Source of the DNA: Porphyridium purpureum
Lineage: Eukaryota
Direction: 5' to 3'
NCBI GenBank assembly: GCA_008690995.1
Contig: VRMN01000001.1
Coordinates: 3,162,001 to 3,226,000, forward strand
DNA length: 64,000 nt
The notes under the pieces are model-generated. The model was given only the letters and a program-made list of their open reading frames with translations, had not been told where the DNA came from and did not search any database. Positions 1 to 7,874 of this stretch are shown piece after piece. The position numbers and the translations under genes were made by a program. Numbering within the stretch: position 1 is the first letter of the stretch; the number at the start of each line of letters is the position of its first letter.

Positions 1-1
1 T

Positions 2-505
2 CCAGACATTTGCTTCAACGTATGCCACACCGATGAGCAGTTCTTTGTCGCTGTCGCACACGCGCGCAGTATTGGTGTGGACGCAGAAAGTACGCAAAGG
101 CGCCTTTCCGATCCCCGGCAGCTCGCCCGGCGATGGTTTTCGCTTGCAGACCGGCAATGGCTTGACCAGCTCGCTGCACAGGACGTGTCGCCCGGGTCAC
201 TCAGTACAGCGTTTTTGCGAGTGTGGACAATGAAGGAGTCGTACGTCAAGGCCACTGGTCAGGGTATTGCCCGCTCGTTCAAGTCTTTCACTGTGGCTCC
301 TCGACAGGAAGGGTATACGTGCAAAGAGCAAGCAGGAGAAGGAGACTGCGAATGGTGCACGGTTTCGTTCGACTCTGCTGACGCGAGGCACATAATGGGA
401 CTCACGTTCGCGGCGACAACGCTTCCGAAAAGATCCTCTACATTGCAACGTCTGTCAGTGTTTATGTGCTGTGGGGCGCACTTATTTACAAAATGCGGAC
501 TTTGA
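2..505 (+). CDS. Sfp/AASDHPPT-type 4'-phosphopantetheinyl transferase, 5'-truncated by the window edge
   Basis: The frame is open from position 2 and reads PDICFNVCHTD...IGVDAE...FLRVWTMKESYVKATGQGI. This matches the FNxSH, GVDxE and FxxxWTxKExYxKAxG motifs of Sfp-type PPTases. Confidence 0.88.
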   Translation, partial: PDICFNVCHTDEQFFVAVAHARSIGVDAESTQRRLSDPRQLARRWFSLADRQWLDQLAAQDVSPGSLSTAFLRVWTMKESYVKATGQGIARSFKSFTVAPRQEGYTCKEQAGEGDCEWCTVSFDSADARHIMGLTFAATTLPKRSSTLQRLSVFMCCGAHLFTKCGL

Positions 506-523
506 AAGGATACTTCGCAGCGC

Positions 524-2212
524 CTAAACCCCAGATATGTAGCATGCTGCGTGCAAAGAGTGTTTCTGCCCAAACCGGTTCCTTTCCGATAAGACCAGCT
601 TGGAGAACGAGTCCAGATGCGAGATGAAATGGCCTGCACGCACGCAGACCGCGTAATCAAGCATGCTCGCTGTACCCATGCGTTCCATACGCGGGGCGCC
701 TTCGTCGAGAAGAAGCTCCTGGAGATCCTGGTCGGTCACATATGACGCACCGGGAAAACTCTCATGTAGCTTATCGAGGATATTGAGCACCTTGCTTTGA
801 ACTTCCTTATTCCGCGGATTCTCGCCACCCTTCATGCCATTGTTGAGTAAGTCTGTGGCAAGGTAGAATCTTGTGCTGGAAGAAGCTACTTTCTTGGCTT
901 CTTGTGCTAATCTCTTGATACATGAGGTGCCCCACTCGTACACCTTTTCTCCGTCCGGGTCATAGTTATTGAGCGACAGCTCTTGCATGGCGCGGCCCAC
1001 ACGCAAATGAATAGCCACCACATTCGCCGGGTTCAACTGCTTGCGTTCGAGCATACGGTCCGCTCGGTGATACGCGCTTTCAGAGAAAACGAGGGCATCG
1101 TGTGCTCGTTTCATTGCGCCTTCTTGCTCCGCAGTCAGATTCACAATGAAAGACTGCTTTCTGAAATTGAGCATCGCAATCGTAGTCGGCACGTCCGCAG
1201 CAGGCACGCTGGCTTGACTTCTTGGCGACAGCTGCTGTGCGAGCTCAAAGTATGCATCGAGAGCGGCTTTGGCGTTGTTCATTCGTCTGACGGCAGCATG
1301 CGATGTACACAGGAGTGCAGCAGCCCACACATGCTCCGACAATGCGTAAAAGCCGAGGGCGTTGCGTTCAGAAGGAAATACAGATTGGTCTTTGAAATAT
1401 GTGGCTGCCTCCTCCATATCACATTTCCAGGCCAGTTCGCCGCCTCCCTTGCCTCCAGCTCGCACAGCTTCTGGTCCCCACACGAAGACTACGACGGCAT
1501 CAATAATGGAGACGTGCTGCCAGGTATTCGCCTTCAGGAATACCGAGCTACGCACGGCCCAGCTATCGTAATCGATCACGTGTCCAAACGTACGCTTGAG
1601 ATGCACGACTGAAAAATAGTCGTCCAACGTTCCCACCGACAAGCCGCGCTTTACAAAGTCTGGCGGCAGCTTCATTTGCGCTTGAATTTTGGCCTCAAAT
1701 ACAAATGGAACAACAAGATTGTAGTCTGCCTCTTGCGCACAAACCAGCACCTCTACAAGCGCTTTGCGCATATTGTAAATCCGTTCCCATGCGTCAAAGA
1801 GCAAGACAAACCGATTGCTGACTGCCTCTGCCACATTGAAGGTATGGTCATCGGCACGCTCCTGTGCACCTGTCGTGATCGTAGAATTAGACCGCTGTTG
1901 TGACAATCCTGCCTGCTCCGACCAATCTGAAACATCAACGGAGTGCGCGGGCACAGATTCCTGCCGCGCGTCACCTGCGTGCAAGCTTACCCCCACTCGT
2001 GCGTGTGGCAGGGACTGCACGCCTTCTGGACCGCTCGCAAGGTTGCTATGCTTCACTTGGATCCGCGACGGCGCCCGCAACGCGCGCACACATAGGATCG
2101 CTACCGCGAGCCCGACGATCAACAGAGCGTTCACGCGCACCACTCGGGACGTCCACTGTGGATGACCACTCCCAGCGGACCCCGCAGTTGCCATGATGTC
2201 GGGACGGCCCAT
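524..2212 (-). CDS. Golgi type II membrane GDP-fucose-dependent O-fucosyltransferase-like glycosyltransferase (POFUT/O-FucT-like)
   Basis: N-terminal transmembrane segment (VNALLIVGLAVAILCV) and stem, then VVAIHLRVG, FYLATD and MLDYAVCVRAGHFI...SFSKLV, matching fucosyltransferase motifs I, II and III. First in-frame ATGs are at 2212 and 2194. Confidence 0.72.
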   Translation of the reverse strand: MGRPDIMATAGSAGSGHPQWTSRVVRVNALLIVGLAVAILCVRALRAPSRIQVKHSNLASGPEGVQSLPHARVGVSLHAGDARQESVPAHSVDVSDWSEQAGLSQQRSNSTITTGAQERADDHTFNVAEAVSNRFVLLFDAWERIYNMRKALVEVLVCAQEADYNLVVPFVFEAKIQAQMKLPPDFVKRGLSVGTLDDYFSVVHLKRTFGHVIDYDSWAVRSSVFLKANTWQHVSIIDAVVVFVWGPEAVRAGGKGGGELAWKCDMEEAATYFKDQSVFPSERNALGFYALSEHVWAAALLCTSHAAVRRMNNAKAALDAYFELAQQLSPRSQASVPAADVPTTIAMLNFRKQSFIVNLTAEQEGAMKRAHDALVFSESAYHRADRMLERKQLNPANVVAIHLRVGRAMQELSLNNYDPDGEKVYEWGTSCIKRLAQEAKKVASSSTRFYLATDLLNNGMKGGENPRNKEVQSKVLNILDKLHESFPGASYVTDQDLQELLLDEGAPRMERMGTASMLDYAVCVRAGHFISHLDSFSKLVLSERNRFGQKHSLHAACYISGV

Positions 2213-2302
2213 GCCGAATGGACTCTCTGTTGACGCAGCAACACATACGTGGTGCACCACGCGAGCATTTATGCAGCTTCAGTATTCTCAACGATTTCGA
2301 GC

Positions 2303-3451
2303 ATGCGGCCACCGCCTTGGGTACTCGCGCTGGCTGTTGCCAGTGTGAGCTTGGTGCTGCTGGTACTTGCACTATATGCGCCTGCACGCGTGCGACCACC
2401 GAGTGCTGGAGACGTATTATCTTCCTTACTAGCCACCGCGAGCTCGGTTGATGCGAGGCTTGCCGCATCACCACTGATCAAGATTACAGGGGGACAAAGT
2501 GAGCATAATATCGAGAGTACAAGCAGTGCGCGAAGGATCATACTTGCGTCAGTGCCGCGTTCCGGGAATCACTACGTCCGTACTATCTTCGAACACACAA
2601 CGGGCCTCGGTACAGAGTCAGTATACAGCGAAGGCGGGCATCCGTCGAGAACATGGTCCGAACGCACACGCGCGTATTACGTGCCCATGTTATCCGCTGC
2701 GCACGTACGCCGAGCACAGGCGAATGAATCTGTCATTGTCAAGACCCACTGGCCCTTCCATAATCCCACCATGGAGCCAACGAAAGATGGTCGAGCAGGT
2801 GGCGACGTCGTGCATGTGATTATTAAGCAAGTACGCGAACCGTTTGGGAACTGGCTGGCGTGGCTGCGGATGTGCGTGGTGCGGGCACGGAAACAAAGAA
2901 GCCGGAACAGCAGTAGGGCCGGCGCAAATGACCTGTTTCAGTCCATACAGCCAGACGAGCTCGACGCGCTCAAGCCATCGGACAAAACCTTTGCGGGTTT
3001 CGTGACGAAGTGGAGTTTGTTCCACTTGTATTGGCGCAACGTATCGGCCAGCTTGGGCGTGCCGCTGCTGGAATTTCGCTTTGAAGACTTGGAGGCACCC
3101 CACTATGCCGAGCAGGTATTCATGCGCGTCCTGGCGGTGCTTCCATTCAGCCCAGCGTCCAAACTGGAGCAAACGGTTGAGGACGCTGTTGACCGAGTTC
3201 CGTTTCTCTCTAGCGGCGTAGATCGCGTTTTCGAGGTACATCCAGCTCTGTGCACGCTATTCGCGCAGGTTGTGGATGGAGTAAACAGTTCCTGGGGCAT
3301 CAGGCTGAACCAGTACTCGCCCTTCAGCGAATTTTATGACGCTCAGGTTTTCCGAACGTATAGGCGCACGTACTACAGAAGCTGTAAGGTCGGTCTAGGT
3401 TTGAAGGGCTCGCTCCCAGACCTGTCGAGAGGATCTGCCGCTGCGAAATAA
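2303..3451 (+). CDS. Golgi type II membrane PAPS-dependent sulfotransferase (WSCD-like/Sulfotransfer family)
   Basis: N-terminal transmembrane segment, 5'-PSB loop ILASVPRSGNHYVR, IVKTHWP, a 3'-PB-like VREP and FRFEDL. ATG at 2303. Confidence 0.78.
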   Translation: MRPPPWVLALAVASVSLVLLVLALYAPARVRPPSAGDVLSSLLATASSVDARLAASPLIKITGGQSEHNIESTSSARRIILASVPRSGNHYVRTIFEHTTGLGTESVYSEGGHPSRTWSERTRAYYVPMLSAAHVRRAQANESVIVKTHWPFHNPTMEPTKDGRAGGDVVHVIIKQVREPFGNWLAWLRMCVVRARKQRSRNSSRAGANDLFQSIQPDELDALKPSDKTFAGFVTKWSLFHLYWRNVSASLGVPLLEFRFEDLEAPHYAEQVFMRVLAVLPFSPASKLEQTVEDAVDRVPFLSSGVDRVFEVHPALCTLFAQVVDGVNSSWGIRLNQYSPFSEFYDAQVFRTYRRTYYRSCKVGLGLKGSLPDLSRGSAAAK

Positions 3452-3491
3452 ATGGCACATCTTCATTCTATCTCTTGAAGATAAAGTAAGA

Positions 3492-6400
3492 CTAATATAC
3501 ATGACGAATCGACGTGACCCAAGCGCCCACTTCAACACAAGGCATGCCATTGGCATTAAACTTGAGGATATGCGAGCGCTGCAACGTAGTGACCATGTTA
3601 CGCTCGCTGACCAGAGTCAATGCCTGCCGCCGCATATCTTCGCTCTCCTTCAACCTATTCTGCTTTTGCAAGCAGCGCACGATGCCCTCACGCAGCCAAA
3701 ACTCGAGCTCGCCCAGATAGTGGATGTGGAGCAGGCTCGTGCCGTTCACCTTTCTGGTGCTGTATGCCACCAAAAGCCGCAGTGCTTCCTCAAACTTGGT
3801 CTCAGCCTCGGCGTAGTGTCCCATGAAGAGTGACACCAGCCCACCTACGCCTACAATGTCGGCAAACTCAGGCATAAAATCAAAGTTCAAGTTGCGAGTT
3901 GCGTCCGGAAAGTTGCGCGCCACTTTCTGCGCTTCAGCTGCATTTCCCTGCGCAAGTTGTATAAATGAAAGCGTGACTAGTGCATGCACACCCAGCAAGG
4001 ATCCTAAAATCCCGGTGTCCTCGAGCATGCGAAGCACGCCGTTGATCAAGCCGCTCGCCTCGACAAGCCTCTGCCGACTGAGCATGACTTTGGACAAGAG
4101 CATGTGCGTCATGGCGTGGCAGCTGAGCTCCGAAAGTGTCGAAGTAGATGTTCCAGATTCTCGACCACTCAACAAACGACGCACGCTTTCCAAGGCAACC
4201 AAGGCCTCGTCAAACGAAAGCTCGTCCATATACGCTTCAGCAAGCGCGAGCTCTAAGCGAGCGCGCTGCGAAACTTCGGCGGCCATCTCGGCGTGCAGGG
4301 CGAGCTTGTCGCTCGCTGCGTAGCTTTCCACAACCTCCGAGAATGTTGAAATTCGCTGCGCCCCGTGGGTACACAGCCGCATCACTGGACAACATACTTC
4401 CAGCAAGTTGCGCCACAGTTGTACGTCGATTTCGCGGGCATACAAAATGGCACACTCGATGTTTTCCCGGTTCGCCTCATAGAACTGCATCATTTCTAAT
4501 CGATGAATGCCCGAACGCGACAACTGAAGGTCACTTGTGCACATGAAGCGAAGCGTGTAGTACTGCACGAGCATCGTGCGCCCATACACGAGAACTTGGC
4601 AGCCGCGAGGGGACGTTAAGAAGGCAACATCGTCACCCAGCGCTCTCAAAGCGGCATCAGACAGCTGATACAAACAGAGTTCCGTGTCAAAACTCACAAA
4701 TCCTTTACCGATCCAGCTGTGCAAGAGCTGCGTTGCGCCCAGATTGCCCGACTGTCGAATATCGAGGGCATACATGAGCGCGCTTGCATCGAAGAAGGAC
4801 GGGAACACCTTGGTTTTAAGTAGCGAGTCGCGCTCTTCATCAGGCGCTGCGTGTAATTCGGCAAGCACTTCAGCATAATCGCGTCGCCTTGTCCTAACCG
4901 GCTTCATATCATTGCCGCTCTCAACGTGTACCGCGCTTCCGCCTTCCGACTCTCCGACTCGTATTGTACTCCCTGCGCCCATTTGACTGCCTGTTTGATA
5001 CACATGTCCCGCAGCTTGATCCGAAGAATGTGGTCGCGCTCCGTCCGGTGCTGGAACACCCACAGCCTTCGCAGTCAATCCCGCGTTGTAGGCTTTGGCC
5101 GGCCCGGATGGATTCATCAGCTCCGAGGGTACCATCCCACCTTCGGCATGGCCTTCGCTTAGGCGAACACGCCTCTGGTTTTCTTGGCTTTCGCCACCGC
5201 CTACGGCGTGACCAGGATGCGGAGACATTGATGGGAAACGGTCACCGTATATACTGTGGGGCATTGATAAACCAGTCCGAGGAAGCGACGGCAAACTAGT
5301 TCCATCGTTTCGGTTGCCAGACGGAGCGTTGTCCGTAGCTAGTGCGGACGAGGAAGACGCGGGCATCATCATGAAATCGAGCTCGCGCTCAGGGCCGACA
5401 ACACTTGGAAATCGGAAGGGTGATACAAAGCGCTCGCGCTCTCGTGTTCGCGAGCGCCCGCCGGTCTGAAATTCAAACTTCTCCGGGCCCACCGATGAGT
5501 CCCGCAGCAAAGTGGCAGGCGCACCGCCTCTCGGCATCCGAGAGCCCAATCCAGAATGCGTTTGCACGCCTGTCATTGCAGAATTTCCCAGGCCGAGACC
5601 AAGCACGTCTTCGCCTACCCCCGCAAAATCAAACGGTGACAGAAACCGAGTGAGTGAGCGATCGCGTGGGTTACCAAAACTTCGCTTTGGGCTCCTACCT
5701 CGTTCTTGGGAGCGAATGCCTGCCTCGGTCGGAAGTGAAGCCTTGTTGAGCTGTTCTAAGCTCGGAATTTGAGCTCGCTGTTTGCTTCTGACGTCTGCCT
5801 GAAACTCGCCCACACTCTGCATTTGGCGATTCAATGGGTTCTGCTCCTGTGCCTGTTGCTGCTGATGCGGCGCTTGTTGCCAGGGCCTCGCCGCGGCCGC
5901 AAACACGCTAGGCCTCGAAAGATCCGCGCCGGACTCTTTCCGCAACTGCGATGGAGCCGGCTCCCTTATTTGCAATGCCGGTCCGTTAAGTGGCTGCTTC
6001 GCGTAATGCGGAGGTGCCCCCGCTGCCAACAAAACGTCAGGTGCCGCAAAATGCCCAGACGTCGGAAAGAGACTTGAATCCACCTCCGTCCGGCCGGTGT
6101 TTACATGGCTACCCAAAGCCAAGCTGGTGGTTCTCTGCGGCGGCTCCGTCACCTGCGCGTGTGCGTGGGGCGTGGGTGCGAGAGGCGCACCGTTTGAATC
6201 CGCATGCACCAGCGATTCTGCAAGATGACGATACAGCGCATTTGTGCCATCACTTCCGGAGGTCACACCTCTGGGATCCTTGCTTGGCAACTGCTCGTAA
6301 TCCTGCGCATTTGCGTGGGTGCCGTTTGGGGGGTCTTCAGGTGTACTTTGCAGCTTGACTGCTTTGGTGACCTGCCCTTGCGGACGAAGCGAGTTGTTGT

Positions 6401-6731
6401 GTTGCTCCACATCGTTCGCAAAGCTCTGGGCGACGCCTTCGCCGGCCGAAACGATGCCCTCGCGAATCTCGCTTTCGCGCTGCGCTCTCAGCTTCTCGCG
6501 TTTGCGCTGATGGTACTCATTCTGCCTGCGCCGCCGCTTCTCTATGCTTTGCTTAAGCTTGAGCTCCTGAGCAGACATCTCATCCTCTGCCTTTCCGTCA
6601 AAGTTATACGTCGCCGGCCGCCCGGGCCTCCGACGCGTGCCGTCGCCATTGGAGCCATCGCTCAATGCGCCCGACAGGATAGACTGCGGCCCAGTGTACG
6701 TCACGGACGGCGGTTCTCGCGCGGGTTCCAT
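3492..6731 (-). CDS. Uncharacterised protein: AT-hook-like and basic helix N-terminus, long disordered region, C-terminal winged-helix/TPR-like helical region
   Basis: Uninterrupted ORF of about 1080 codons. Contains RRRPGRP and KRRRRQNEYHQRKREKLR, and C-terminal repeats such as GHYAEAETKFEEALRLL and GNAAEAQKVAR. First ATG at 6731. Confidence 0.6.
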   Translation of the reverse strand: MEPAREPPSVTYTGPQSILSGALSDGSNGDGTRRRPGRPATYNFDGKAEDEMSAQELKLKQSIEKRRRRQNEYHQRKREKLRAQRESEIREGIVSAGEGVAQSFANDVEQHNNSLRPQGQVTKAVKLQSTPEDPPNGTHANAQDYEQLPSKDPRGVTSGSDGTNALYRHLAESLVHADSNGAPLAPTPHAHAQVTEPPQRTTSLALGSHVNTGRTEVDSSLFPTSGHFAAPDVLLAAGAPPHYAKQPLNGPALQIREPAPSQLRKESGADLSRPSVFAAAARPWQQAPHQQQQAQEQNPLNRQMQSVGEFQADVRSKQRAQIPSLEQLNKASLPTEAGIRSQERGRSPKRSFGNPRDRSLTRFLSPFDFAGVGEDVLGLGLGNSAMTGVQTHSGLGSRMPRGGAPATLLRDSSVGPEKFEFQTGGRSRTRERERFVSPFRFPSVVGPERELDFMMMPASSSSALATDNAPSGNRNDGTSLPSLPRTGLSMPHSIYGDRFPSMSPHPGHAVGGGESQENQRRVRLSEGHAEGGMVPSELMNPSGPAKAYNAGLTAKAVGVPAPDGARPHSSDQAAGHVYQTGSQMGAGSTIRVGESEGGSAVHVESGNDMKPVRTRRRDYAEVLAELHAAPDEERDSLLKTKVFPSFFDASALMYALDIRQSGNLGATQLLHSWIGKGFVSFDTELCLYQLSDAALRALGDDVAFLTSPRGCQVLVYGRTMLVQYYTLRFMCTSDLQLSRSGIHRLEMMQFYEANRENIECAILYAREIDVQLWRNLLEVCCPVMRLCTHGAQRISTFSEVVESYAASDKLALHAEMAAEVSQRARLELALAEAYMDELSFDEALVALESVRRLLSGRESGTSTSTLSELSCHAMTHMLLSKVMLSRQRLVEASGLINGVLRMLEDTGILGSLLGVHALVTLSFIQLAQGNAAEAQKVARNFPDATRNLNFDFMPEFADIVGVGGLVSLFMGHYAEAETKFEEALRLLVAYSTRKVNGTSLLHIHYLGELEFWLREGIVRCLQKQNRLKESEDMRRQALTLVSERNMVTTLQRSHILKFNANGMPCVEVGAWVTSIRHVY

Positions 6732-6802
6732 ATCGCGAGCTGCGGGCCACTCATGCACGCCGGAGCCTCCTGCCGCACGTACGTTGCGTCTGTGCGCGCG
6801 CG

Positions 6803-6838
6803 CTCGTGCCGTTCGTGCTGTTCGTGCCGTTCGTGCCG
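6803..6838. repeat. 9-bp tandem repeat (GTTCGTGCC)x4, imperfect
   Basis: ctcgtgcc gttcgtgct gttcgtgcc gttcgtgcc, upstream of the 6731 start codon. Confidence 0.7.
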
Positions 6839-7149
6839 CGCGCGCGCCGCGCGCTCCCTATACTCTGGCGCACGCACGCCACTCCCCTCATTTCCGTCCG
6901 CCGCGCCGCGCCGCACACGACCTGCGGCGGCGGCAGCAGCAGCGGATCGCTCGGCGTCGCGGCGATGAGCGCAGTTGCCGCCCTCCGTCTTTCCTATGCT
7001 CAGCACACGCGCGCGCGGCAAGTGAGCATGCCTCGCTTGCTCCCACGCTGCTGCGCACTCTTTTCCTGGTTTTTTCCCGTTCTGAACGAATAGAAAGCAG
7101 GGCGGTCTGATTTTCGCCGATTCCTTGTTTTTGGGCGAATAGAAGGCGG

Positions 7150-7305
7150 ATGTTTGTTTTAATTTGCTTTTTTCTATTCTTTTTTTCTATTTTTTTTTCC
7201 TTCCTTTTTTTCTCCTTATTTTCTTCCGATTTGTGTTGATGTGCTTGTAAACTAAAGACTGCAGGAAAGAACAAAAACAACAAAAACAACAACAACAAAA
7301 AAACA
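7150..7305. repeat. Low-complexity T-rich tract followed by a CAA/A-rich tract
   Basis: ttttttctattcttttttt... then acaaaaacaacaaaaacaacaacaacaaaaaa, much more AT-rich than the flanks. Confidence 0.8.
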
Positions 7306-7874
7306 GACAGAGACGCGCTCGCCGCGTGCCGTCGTCTCTAAACAAACGTTCCACGTTGCTAGCAACTTGCATCTTACAGACAGAAAGAAGGAAAAGCAGA
7401 TTCGCGACAATTCGCAACGCGCGGAGGTACGCTGGTGGCAGAGCAAGAGGGCGGACGGAGGTACAGTGTGCTTCGAGTGGTGGTGCAGAGGGTGAGCGAG
7501 GGTGGCGCACACGGCGATGCGGCGCGGCGCCGTGCGATGCGTGTGTGGAGCGCTTCGCATACTGCAGGCGGCGGCGGCGGATGTGTCGCATGCCATGTTC
7601 AGGTCTCGACAGGTTTGGCAGGATGATTTGAAGCAATATGATTACGCGGCTGATGCGTATGGCCGTGCCGACGATGCAGTCAGGAATGGATGGTACGGAA
7701 CTTGACTGAATTATAGAAATGTTAAGACTCCAGGCCCGACCAAGCCAAGCCCGGCTGGAGACGCGTACACCAACGAGCAAAAACTTCAGCCGCGAAGAAT
7801 ATTGACACCCGATCGCACGAAAGAAAAGTCAGAGGAAGCACATACAAGGATCACGACACGCAGCTGTCTGTGTG

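Noticed and set aside
7150..7305. T-rich then A-rich tracts as a retroelement tail or MITE
   Set aside because: I saw no target-site duplication, clean terminal inverted repeats or transposon coding remnants.
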